The position numbers were made by a program, and so were the translations under genes. Source: Bdellovibrionales bacterium (GTDB taxonomy: Bacteria; Bdellovibrionota; Bdellovibrionia; Bdellovibrionales; Bdellovibrionaceae). From it: a stretch of 64,000 nt of DNA. Below the pieces are notes generated by a model, which worked only from the letters and a program-made list of their open reading frames with translations, was not told where the DNA came from and did no database searches. Shown in pieces: positions 27,802 to 36,584 of the stretch (positions are counted from its first letter, which is position 1; each line of letters starts with the position of its first letter). The stretch lies in contig JANMPT010000117.1 in assembly GCA_031370005.1 (NCBI GenBank), positions 1-64,000 on the forward strand, in the 5' to 3' direction.

Positions 27802-27913
27802 TTTTAATTTTGTCACCACAAATAAAAACTTAATAAAAACATATAGTTACATATTCATCTGAAGAAGTAAACCAGGCCTCGGTAGAGCCACAATGTAACT
27901 ATTTCGTTATTGT

Positions 27914-29632
27914 CTAGAGTTTCAAGCACTCATGGTGGAAGTCTTTTAGAGCGGCCTCGTCATGGCTGAAGCTCACTAGAATCATCTGCGGGAAGCTTGC
28001 GATAAGGTCAAGATAGAGTTCTTTTTCAGTTTCTTTTCCAAGTGCAGAAGTGGCTTCATCCAAGAAAACTAGTTCGGGTTTTTGCAAGAAAATGCGGGCA
28101 ATGGCGACTCGTTGTTGTTCGCCCGAAGACAGGCGCATAGACCAGTTTTCTTCTTGATCAAGGGCTTGAGCCAAGTGGTTAAGTCGGGTCAGAGTCAAAA
28201 CTTTTTGATACTCGAGATCACTAAAGAGGCTGCCATCCATCGGATAAGCCAAGGTCGCACGTAGACTGCCGATGGGTAGATAAGCTTTTTGGGTGAGGGC
28301 AAGGCGATGGCTTTCTTTGGGAATTCGCACATGGCCTGAAATATAAGGCCAAATGCCATTCATACTCCGAAGCAGAGAAGTTTTTCCTTTGCCGGAGGCG
28401 GCCGTGATCAGAATCCGTTTTCCTGGCGTGAGTTGCAAGCTCAGTGCCGTAAGCAGGCTTTGATGTTCGGGCGTCATCACACTTAAGTTTTCTATTTCAT
28501 ATGAACCCGTAGTTATCTGAACACTTTGTGTGACAGTTTTGTGGCGAAGTTTACTGTTTTCCTCAAGCGAAAGAAGGAAGCCTCCAAGACGAACGATGAC
28601 GGAGTGAAGGCGCGCGATCTTAGCATACATATCGACAAAAACGGAGACGGATCCTTGAACTTGGCCAAAGGCACTACTGATCTGAAAGAGCTGCCCCAAT
28701 GTGATTTCACGAGTAAAAACCTTCGGTGAGGCCACAATGAATGGAAAAATATATGCTAGCTGACCATAGATATTGGTTGTCACGATAAGCTTCTTCTGAC
28801 GAGAGATCAATTTCTTGAAATTTCCCACGACCTGAAAGAACTTGGTCGAGAGTTTTTGTTTCTCGACGCGTTCACCGTTAAGGAGAGCAATGCTTTCGCT
28901 GTTCTCACGAAGTCGCACCAGGAGATAACGGAAGTCAGCTTCGAGCTTTTGTTGCATAAAATTGATTTTTGAGAGGGGGCTGCCAATTTTATGAACGACC
29001 CAGGTGCCAATGACGGCATACAACAGACAGATCCACACCAAGTAGCGATGAATCTCAATGTCATAACCCATCATATTTGTGAACTTGATTGAGCTTGAAA
29101 GTCCCCACAGAATACCAATGAAAGAAACAAAGGTGATGAACTCTCGCAAGATTTTTTCTGAAATTTCTAGGCTCAAGTCCGTCAGCTCGTGAATATCATC
29201 TGAGAGCCGTTGATCGGGATTGTCATTATTATTGGTGGTGATATGCCAGTAGTAGAAGTTTTTTTCTGAAAGCCAGTGGGTGAGATTTTTTTCGGTGACC
29301 CATTTCCTCCAATTGATTCCCAGGCTTTGTAGAACATAGTACTTGTAAGCCATAATGACCGAATAAGAGAGCGCAATAATGAAAAACCGGCGGAGCTGGT
29401 GGAAGAACTCTTCTTTATTGAGATTTTGAAGGGCGTCGTAAAATGCTTGATTCCAACGATTGAGTAAAACTAGGCTGTAAACCATTCCGAGAATTAATAA
29501 CAAGGTTAGCAACAGCAGACCCCGCGCCCTCCAACGATTTTCGGAGCGGGTCCAATATGGAAGCACAAGCTCTTTTAGAACTATTCGGATCGAATGCCAT
29601 TTCTTGGTGCTTTTCAGCTTTTGCGAGCCCAT
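27914..29632 (-). CDS. Fused ABC transporter, YddA/BacA (ABC_membrane_2, Rv1819c-like) family
   Basis: FYDALQ, DNPDQR, EADFRYLLVRLRENSESIAL, SGKGKTS, LSSGEQQR, LDEATSAL. Confidence 0.9.
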   Translation of the reverse strand: MGSQKLKSTKKWHSIRIVLKELVLPYWTRSENRWRARGLLLLTLLLILGMVYSLVLLNRWNQAFYDALQNLNKEEFFHQLRRFFIIALSYSVIMAYKYYVLQSLGINWRKWVTEKNLTHWLSEKNFYYWHITTNNNDNPDQRLSDDIHELTDLSLEISEKILREFITFVSFIGILWGLSSSIKFTNMMGYDIEIHRYLVWICLLYAVIGTWVVHKIGSPLSKINFMQQKLEADFRYLLVRLRENSESIALLNGERVEKQKLSTKFFQVVGNFKKLISRQKKLIVTTNIYGQLAYIFPFIVASPKVFTREITLGQLFQISSAFGQVQGSVSVFVDMYAKIARLHSVIVRLGGFLLSLEENSKLRHKTVTQSVQITTGSYEIENLSVMTPEHQSLLTALSLQLTPGKRILITAASGKGKTSLLRSMNGIWPYISGHVRIPKESHRLALTQKAYLPIGSLRATLAYPMDGSLFSDLEYQKVLTLTRLNHLAQALDQEENWSMRLSSGEQQRVAIARIFLQKPELVFLDEATSALGKETEKELYLDLIASFPQMILVSFSHDEAALKDFHHECLKL

Positions 29633-29795
29633 CAGAACTTTCTAGCAGACTTATGTAAAGTAAGACAGGTATGGCTCAACCTAGGTCTAATTTTTTTTGA
29701 TTCAATGATGATAAGTTGGGTACGTGAGTACAGTCAGGATATTTCCAACATATTTTGTTTGCACCCATCATATTAGCCCGTCATTCTAGATAAAT

Positions 29796-30776
29796 ATGTC
29801 TTTAACCATGAAGTACTGGGGAGTAAGAGGCTCGCTTCCATCCTCGCCATCGCCATCCGATTGGACCAACCATATTGAAGGACTGCTTCGCGGGTTTTTC
29901 AATGCTGGATTGCGTGATGCTACTCAGGTTTCCAAGTATATTGACTCCTTAGGCGCTGCACATCTTGGCGGTTATGGCGCGGCAACAACATGTGTAGAAG
30001 TTAAGAGTGCAAAAAATCGTATTATCATCGATGGTGGCAGTGGTATTCGCTCCTTGAGTGAACAGATCATGAGTGGAAAAGCAGGGACGAGCAAAGGACC
30101 TTTTCATATTTTCATGACTCACTTTCACTGGGATCATGTGATCGGCTTGCCATTTTTTACTCCTCACTTTGTCCCAGGCGTTCAAATTCATTACTACGCA
30201 GTCCAACCAGAGCTTGAGAAATTGATTCGTGGGGTTTTTGCAAAACCATATTTTCCAGTACCTTTTGAGTCCCTTGCCTCAAAAGTTCATTTCCATATTT
30301 TGGAGCCAAGAAAAACGATCGAACTCGATGATATGAAGATTACACCCTATCAGCTTGATCATCCAGACCCTTGCTGGGGCTTCCGTGTGGATTGTGGTGG
30401 TAAAGCCTATGCACACTGCGTGGATACAGAAGGAACTCGGGTTTCCCGTGAAGAGTTGGGGAATGATCTACCACTCTATCAAGGGATTGATTTGATGTAC
30501 TATGATGCTCAATACACCTTTCCAGAGCTCGCAGAAAAAGCGAACTGGGGTCATAGTGCTGCGCAAGTGGGGCTCGACGTCGCCTTTCGCGAAGGTATCA
30601 AGCATGTTCTTTTTGCCCATCACGATCCTGGAGCGACGATTCAACAGCTCCAAGAGCTAAAACGTCAAACCCTTGAGTATTATGACTGGCGCTTAAGCGT
30701 GGCTAAAGAAAATGCCGAGTCACTTAGCTCTGTTCAATGGGACTTTGCCTACGAAGGCCTCACTGTAAAACTTTAG
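29796..30776 (+). CDS. MBL-fold metallo-hydrolase (phosphodiesterase/RNase Z-like)
   Basis: YWGVRGS, THFHWDHVIG, DAQYT, WGHS, HHDP. Confidence 0.85.
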   Translation: MSLTMKYWGVRGSLPSSPSPSDWTNHIEGLLRGFFNAGLRDATQVSKYIDSLGAAHLGGYGAATTCVEVKSAKNRIIIDGGSGIRSLSEQIMSGKAGTSKGPFHIFMTHFHWDHVIGLPFFTPHFVPGVQIHYYAVQPELEKLIRGVFAKPYFPVPFESLASKVHFHILEPRKTIELDDMKITPYQLDHPDPCWGFRVDCGGKAYAHCVDTEGTRVSREELGNDLPLYQGIDLMYYDAQYTFPELAEKANWGHSAAQVGLDVAFREGIKHVLFAHHDPGATIQQLQELKRQTLEYYDWRLSVAKENAESLSSVQWDFAYEGLTVKL

Positions 30777-30900
30777 AAACAGCTTCATTTTTGGCATTTA
30801 TTTACGGCATGTTGCGTAGAATCAACCAACTTGGTTGGCGAAGTTTTGGGTCAGGCTCAAAAATGCTGTAAATCTAGACACTTTTTGATAGGATCAACCG

Positions 30901-31260
30901 ATGTCTAGTTTATTGAAGTTAAATCGAAAGAGAACCCCACCCTATGATGGGATTAAAATGGCCTCTGAGCTCGTTCAGAAGCTTGAGTCTGAAATAGCTT
31001 TGTATCAGGTTTACCTTTTTGGATCAGCGGCAACTAACGAGCACACGCTGGATTCGGATTTAGATCTTCTTGTTATTGTTGATGACACTTCTGATATTAA
31101 AAAAGTGTATAAAATTGTACAGCGCCCATTTTTTTCTTCAGTAGCGGTTGATTGGATAGTCAAATCAAAAGCTGAGTTTTCGAAAATGAAAGATATCGGT
31201 GGGGTTTGTTTTGTTGCGTTTCACCAAGGTAAGGAAATTAATTTAAATGGCTCAAAATAA
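30901..31260 (+). CDS. Minimal nucleotidyltransferase (MNT) antitoxin
   Basis: YLFGSAA...DSDLDLLVI. Confidence 0.85.
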   Translation: MSSLLKLNRKRTPPYDGIKMASELVQKLESEIALYQVYLFGSAATNEHTLDSDLDLLVIVDDTSDIKKVYKIVQRPFFSSVAVDWIVKSKAEFSKMKDIGGVCFVAFHQGKEINLNGSK

Positions 31261-31645
31261 GAGCGTTTTATTTAAAAAAGAATACGCGAAAGAACTTTTA
31301 AAGATTGCTGTCGGCGATTTGAAAACGGCCAAGGCCCTTATTGAATCCCCAGATCCTGGAAGGCCAGAAAATATCCTCTATATGATTCAACAATCAGTAG
31401 AGAAGGCCGTGAAAGTGGTCCTTATTTCAAAACAAATTCCATTTCCTCTTGTGCATGATTTGGGAATTCTGATTGCTTTGTTGTCGACGGCAGACTACCC
31501 CCCAGGGGGATTTGATTTAACCGCATTAAATCCATACTCAACAATTCGTCGTTATGAGACTGGGGAAATTCCTTTAGATAACGAAGAAATTCAAGGGGCT
31601 TACTTGGCCGCCGAATTAGTTATTGCATGGTCTTCGAAGTACTAG
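31247..31645 (+). CDS. HEPN domain protein (MNT-HEPN toxin)
   Basis: QQSVEKAVK, VHDL, LNPYSTIRRY; overlaps the MNT gene. Confidence 0.85.
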   Translation: MAQNKSVLFKKEYAKELLKIAVGDLKTAKALIESPDPGRPENILYMIQQSVEKAVKVVLISKQIPFPLVHDLGILIALLSTADYPPGGFDLTALNPYSTIRRYETGEIPLDNEEIQGAYLAAELVIAWSSKY

Positions 31646-31659
31646 ATTAATGAATTGAT

Positions 31660-33993
31660 TTAGAACCCGAAGGCTCCGGGCTCTGTACCCTTTTTGAAAA
31701 TTAACTCAACGCTCATTGGTTGTTTCAGATCTGCGGGCTGAACGGCATTCATTTCACGTAGTTTGTTTTCGCCGAAGGTGACTTTTACAGTGTCCGCTGG
31801 CCAAGGGAAGTCTTCGATAGGATCCTCTGCGGTGGCGCGCTTCATGAAGGCCGTCCAAATTGGGGCGGCACCACTGGCGCCTGTGAGTTTGTTGGCGGTG
31901 CTTGTGTCATATCCAACCCATACGATAGTTGTACGATAAGGTGTAAAACCTGAGAACCACACATCGCGACTATCGGAAGTAGTCCCCGTTTTTCCAGCAG
32001 CAGGGCGAGTAAAACCGCTTGCGCTGACGTATTTGCCTGTGCCGAAAAGAAGGGTCTGCTTCATCATGCCGACGAGGCTAGCCACTGCTATGGGGTCCTG
32101 CACTTGCTCAGCATGTGGAGTGAAAAGAAAGATCTGTTCACCCTTTGCATTTTCAACTTTGTGAACAAAGCTGAGATCCGTTTTTTGACCCATTTTCGAG
32201 AGGCTTAAGTAAGCCTGCAAAACCTCTTTGGGGTAAAGCTCAAAGGCTCCCAGGACCATGGAAGGCACGGGTTTTAAGGGCGAGGTCACGCCCAAAGACC
32301 GAGTGATATTGATAATTTTTTCGAGTCCGACCTCGAGTCCAAGGGCTGCCGTTGGAATATTCAAAGAGTTTTCCAAGGCAAAGAACATGGGCACGACACC
32401 AAAGGACTCGTTGCCGTAATTACTTGGAGACCAGGTTTGTCCCTCATATCTAATTGTAAATTTCTCGTCTTTCAGAGGTGAGATAGGAGTGAAGTCTTTG
32501 CCATTTTTATCTTTGGACTCCAGTGCTGCCAAGTAGACAAAAGGCTTCATTGTTGAGCCCACTTGGCGGTGGCCATCGATGGCGCGATTGAACTGAGTCT
32601 GGCGATAGTTACGGCCGCCCACAGCGACTTGAATAAGCCCAGTGGCCGCGTCTGCAGAAAGAATGACTCCTTCAAGAGTTTGGCCTTTTTCTTTTTGCGA
32701 TTTGATGATTTTATTTTCTTTTTCGAGTTTCTCTAGATGGTTTTTTAAGGCCTCTTGGGCAAATTGCTGGGATTCAAGATCCATTGCAGTATAGATTTTT
32801 GCGCCAACAATTTCAATATTCTGCGCCTGTAATTGTTTGCGAACTGCATCTAGATAATAAGGCGCTGTTTCTGTTGCAAGACGTGGCTGAGCTGCAGGTA
32901 AGGGCTCTTTTTTTGCGGACTCAGCATCGGCGGCAGTGATAAAGTTGTGCTCAATCATTTTGTCTAAGACTAAGTTGCGGCGGCCAAAAGCTTTTACCGG
33001 CTGCCTAAATGGGCTGTAGACGCCGGGACCGTTTACAATAGCAGCAAGTAAAGAGCATTCGCTTAAATTGAGTGCGGAGATTTGTTTGTTGAAGTAATAC
33101 TTTGCGGCGGCCCCAAAGCCACGAACCTGGAAGGGGCCATTTTGCCCCATGTAGATGATGTTGAGATAGGTTTCTAGAATCTGGTCTTTACTGAATTTAG
33201 ACTCCAGCATATAGGCCATGATAAATTCTTGAAACTTGCGCTTGAGGGTCTTCTCGCTAGTTAGAAAATAGTTTTTAACTAGCTGCTGGGTAATTGTGCT
33301 GCCACCTTGGGCGGCGCGACCGGAGGTGAGATTCTTAATTAGAGCCCTGAGAATGCTTCGATAGTTGACCCCTTGGTGCTCTAAAAATCTTGGATCTTCG
33401 ATGGCCATTACAGCATTGGAACAAAAAGGAGGAACCATCCCTAGGGATTCTTCCTCTTGCATAATAGGCTCTATTCCGACGTATTGGGCCACCAAAGGGG
33501 CTTCCAGGTGAACTTCATTAACAACCTCAAGGGGAAATGCCTTATAAATTTGCTGAATTTGGTTTTCTGTGTTGAAGAGCATGATCCGGATGTCATTTTG
33601 CGCTTGGCCGGGGTCTACGTCCTTTTTCACAAAAGCAATGCAGATAGTAAAAATCACGTCATCTGGGATTCGAAACAGGGCATGGCACTCAGAGCTGTTA
33701 GTTTTTAAGTAATCACCTGGGAGAAGCCGTTGCTGAAAATCTCTAGAGCGATAATTTTGGCTCTGGAGCACTGCCACGGACTTATCCACATTTTGGAGTG
33801 AGGGAGTATGGAAACGATATGGGGCGGCATAGTATTCTGTCGGCAGGAGTATTCGCTTTGCCTCAAGCTTTTGATCCATTTCTTCTGACAAGCTGAAAAA
33901 GGCGTAGGAGATAGCAGCTCCCAGAGTGATGATTGCGAGCGTCACAACGATTGTAAATAAATGGAAAATGTTCTTTAATCCTGATCGAGGCAT
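31660..33993 (-). CDS. mrcB: Class A penicillin-binding protein 1B
   Basis: EDPRFLEH, GGSTITQQLVKN, STMK, SLN, KTGT; UB2H-like N-terminal insert. Confidence 0.85.
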   Translation of the reverse strand: MPRSGLKNIFHLFTIVVTLAIITLGAAISYAFFSLSEEMDQKLEAKRILLPTEYYAAPYRFHTPSLQNVDKSVAVLQSQNYRSRDFQQRLLPGDYLKTNSSECHALFRIPDDVIFTICIAFVKKDVDPGQAQNDIRIMLFNTENQIQQIYKAFPLEVVNEVHLEAPLVAQYVGIEPIMQEEESLGMVPPFCSNAVMAIEDPRFLEHQGVNYRSILRALIKNLTSGRAAQGGSTITQQLVKNYFLTSEKTLKRKFQEFIMAYMLESKFSKDQILETYLNIIYMGQNGPFQVRGFGAAAKYYFNKQISALNLSECSLLAAIVNGPGVYSPFRQPVKAFGRRNLVLDKMIEHNFITAADAESAKKEPLPAAQPRLATETAPYYLDAVRKQLQAQNIEIVGAKIYTAMDLESQQFAQEALKNHLEKLEKENKIIKSQKEKGQTLEGVILSADAATGLIQVAVGGRNYRQTQFNRAIDGHRQVGSTMKPFVYLAALESKDKNGKDFTPISPLKDEKFTIRYEGQTWSPSNYGNESFGVVPMFFALENSLNIPTAALGLEVGLEKIINITRSLGVTSPLKPVPSMVLGAFELYPKEVLQAYLSLSKMGQKTDLSFVHKVENAKGEQIFLFTPHAEQVQDPIAVASLVGMMKQTLLFGTGKYVSASGFTRPAAGKTGTTSDSRDVWFSGFTPYRTTIVWVGYDTSTANKLTGASGAAPIWTAFMKRATAEDPIEDFPWPADTVKVTFGENKLREMNAVQPADLKQPMSVELIFKKGTEPGAFGF

Positions 33994-34001
33994 GCACCAT
34001 T

Positions 34002-34280
34002 ATGAAATTATCCTCCCAACAAATTCAAGTCTTAGCTGAAAAAATTCTGAATCAGTGGAAGAAGCAAAATGTTATCGTCTTCAAAGAAGATGAAAAGCTT
34101 GTGCTTAATCGAGTGATTGAGCTTATTAAAGGTGATTACGATCGCGAAATGGCTCTCGATAGGGATGTCAATGCGATGTTGGATCAATTGGAGAAGAGTA
34201 ATCCTGGCGAGTTTCAGCGTTTTAAGATGTTTCCAATTTTAAAACAAAAGCTCGCGAAAGAAAGAAAAGTGATTCTATGA
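34002..34280 (+). CDS. DUF507 family protein
   Basis: MKLS...MF..LKQKLAKERKVIL signature. Confidence 0.8.
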   Translation: MKLSSQQIQVLAEKILNQWKKQNVIVFKEDEKLVLNRVIELIKGDYDREMALDRDVNAMLDQLEKSNPGEFQRFKMFPILKQKLAKERKVIL

Positions 34281-34552
34281 TTATTTCAGGTGATCGTCAA
34301 AATCATCTGGCGCATATCGTGACTGATGGTGTTTGGGCTGATGATATTGCGGACTTCACGGATGATGATCAAGCCCTGCGCGCAGCGAAAATCGCTATTG
34401 CTGAGTTTGTGAAAGAAGATGAGGATCTCAATCAGAGAGCGCGTGATAAAGTGGCATCCTTAAAGCGCAACGTGATGGAAGGAACCCCTGAGTGGGATGT
34501 CATGTACAAAAAATATTACGAAGAGGAAAGAGCTAAACGTGGCAAAAAGTAA
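34277..34552 (+). CDS. DUF507 family protein
   Basis: SLKRNVMEGTPEWDVMYKKYYEEE signature. Confidence 0.8.
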   Translation: MIISGDRQNHLAHIVTDGVWADDIADFTDDDQALRAAKIAIAEFVKEDEDLNQRARDKVASLKRNVMEGTPEWDVMYKKYYEEERAKRGKK

Positions 34553-34964
34553 GAAAAAAACCGGCAAGAAAAAAGTTAAAACAATAAAAAAGCTTAAAAA
34601 AGCACCCGTAAAAGCTACTGTGACTAAGACTAAGCTTGTGGCTAAGGCAGTGAAAAAGATTGATCTCAAAAATTTTGTTACTCCTTTAGATGACCGCGTA
34701 ATGGTTCAGTTAATTGCTGCAGAAAAAATGACGGCAGGCGGTCTTTATATCCCAGACACAGCGGTAAATTCTTCTGGGAACCTAGAGGGTTCCGTGGTGG
34801 CAGTGGGGCGCGGCCGTCGAAATAAAAAAGGCGATGTTCGGCCGATGGACTTGAAGGTCGGCGACAAAATTCTTTTTTCAGAGTACTCTGGCTCAAAAAT
34901 TAAGATTCAAGATCATGACCTTGTCATCCTTCGTGAGGGTGATGTGCTTGGTGTGATTGCATAA
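34539..34964 (+). CDS. groES: Co-chaperonin GroES with Lys-rich N-terminal extension
   Basis: PLDDRV, TAGGLYIPD, VVAVG.G, KVGDKILF, ILREGDVLG; GTG 34539 with GAGG RBS. Confidence 0.9.
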   Translation: MAKSKKKTGKKKVKTIKKLKKAPVKATVTKTKLVAKAVKKIDLKNFVTPLDDRVMVQLIAAEKMTAGGLYIPDTAVNSSGNLEGSVVAVGRGRRNKKGDVRPMDLKVGDKILFSEYSGSKIKIQDHDLVILREGDVLGVIA

Positions 34965-34979
34965 AACGATAAGGGAATA

Positions 34980-36413
34980 ATGACGTTGAAAAATAAAATA
35001 CTACTTTCTTTAGCAGCACTTTTAATTTCAGTTGTAACCTCCAATGCAAACGCAATCAGCGTTGATTGGAAAGGGACTTACCGATTTGAATGGACTCAAG
35101 TGGATCGTCCGTCTTTGGGGACTCCCTATGGAATGAAATCTTACGGGTTGAACTATTTGTCTTTGAGCCCAAAGATTATTGCCACAGATGGAGTAACTGT
35201 CGTTTCAAGGTTTGATGTCTTAGCAAATCAAGACACTGCCTATCAAAATGCGCAGTTCGGCCAACTTTGGGGTCAAGCGTGGCCTAGTCCTGGCGCTCCG
35301 ACCTCTCAAAGCAGTGTGATGGCACAAAATCAACGTTCGACCCAACTTTTGGTTTCTCAGCTCTATTTGAATTTGAATCAGGAATATGGCGCACTTGTAT
35401 TAGGTCGCGCTCCTCTTGAGTTTGGTTTGGGGATGACTCATAACGCGGGTAACGGCGCTTTTGATCACTGGGCAGACACCGAGGACATGGTCGGATATAA
35501 ATTCATTGTTGATAATTTTTTCTTCATGCCGATAATTGGCCGTGTTTATGATCAAGATGCATCTCAGGGCAATACGGTTCAAGATATGATCCTACATTTG
35601 CAATACGAGAGCAAAGAAACCGGTTCTTTGATTGGTGTTATGCAACAGTCGCGGAAAGCCAGCTTTGGTGCGAATGATGTACCCTTTGGAGTCACAAAAA
35701 CAGGGGAGTACAGTGTTCAAACAGTGAGTTTCATTTTAGGTCGTGAATGGGAAAAGTTCGGCTTCAAGCTTGAGGCGGGATTCAATAGCGGGAACGTCGG
35801 CGCGCGGACTGCTCTTGGCGAAGATATCAAAGCCAATGGTTATGGAATCGCGGCAGAATTATATTTCCCACGTAAGGAATCAAAAATTGATTGGAATCTG
35901 CGTTTTGGTATGGCGACAGGTGATGATCCGAACTCTGGTGATACATATGAGGGCTTTCAGTTTGATCGCAATTATGACATTGCAATGCTGATGTTCAATC
36001 ACCGCTTAGGGCAAAGAGACTTTCTTGGCACAAGGTACATCAGGGACACCGTAAGCCATGATGTATCTAACTCTTTAGATGATGAGGCAATCAGCAACGC
36101 CATTTATATCTCGCCTCGGGCTTCCTATGCTTGGAATGACCGTTTGGATTTGAATAACACATTGACCTACGCGCAGTTGATGACCAATCCCATTGCAGGT
36201 AACACGGGTTTTAGTAAAGACCTTGCTTTGGAGTGGGATATCGAATTGGTTTATAAGCCAACCGATAGAATTCAATGGGTAAATCAATTGGGTTTACTAT
36301 TCCCCGGAGCGGCCTTTAAAAATGGTACGGGTGCTGGCCCAGGCGATGCAACTGGAAACTTAGAAAACGCAAGCACCTATGGCTTTGCAACTAAAGCCGC
36401 CATCAGCTTTTAA
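34980..36413 (+). CDS. Outer-membrane beta-barrel protein
   Basis: Signal peptide; GRAP..FGLGM..N.G..FDH; C-terminal AAISF. Confidence 0.7.
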   Translation: MTLKNKILLSLAALLISVVTSNANAISVDWKGTYRFEWTQVDRPSLGTPYGMKSYGLNYLSLSPKIIATDGVTVVSRFDVLANQDTAYQNAQFGQLWGQAWPSPGAPTSQSSVMAQNQRSTQLLVSQLYLNLNQEYGALVLGRAPLEFGLGMTHNAGNGAFDHWADTEDMVGYKFIVDNFFFMPIIGRVYDQDASQGNTVQDMILHLQYESKETGSLIGVMQQSRKASFGANDVPFGVTKTGEYSVQTVSFILGREWEKFGFKLEAGFNSGNVGARTALGEDIKANGYGIAAELYFPRKESKIDWNLRFGMATGDDPNSGDTYEGFQFDRNYDIAMLMFNHRLGQRDFLGTRYIRDTVSHDVSNSLDDEAISNAIYISPRASYAWNDRLDLNNTLTYAQLMTNPIAGNTGFSKDLALEWDIELVYKPTDRIQWVNQLGLLFPGAAFKNGTGAGPGDATGNLENASTYGFATKAAISF

Positions 36414-36478
36414 TCACCGATGCTGCAACTTGTACGACATCTATGATCGCAACTTGGCTTAATTGCTGTTGGCGAGGA

Positions 36479-36508
36479 GCCCGGGGGTGAAAGCCTCCGG
36501 GTTTTTTT
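36479..36508 (+). terminator. Rho-independent terminator
   Basis: GCCCGGGGG-tgaaag-CCTCCGGGT followed by a T-tract. Confidence 0.8.
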
Positions 36509-36512
36509 CAAT

Positions 36513-36548
36513 AAAAAAGAGAGCGGCGAGTTCATCTTGAACCCGCCG
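36513..36548 (-). terminator. Terminator for the convergent minus-strand gene
   Basis: CGGCGAGTTCA-tct-TGAACCCGCCG stem preceded by an A-rich tract. Confidence 0.55.
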
Positions 36549-36584
36549 AGGATGACGTAAACATGTGCATGTGTATGAGTCGTA

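Noticed and set aside
36443..36508. Short ORF MIATWLNCCWRGARG running into a terminator, resembling a Trp attenuator
   Set aside because: No downstream co-oriented biosynthetic gene; the hairpin is explained as the terminator of the upstream beta-barrel gene.
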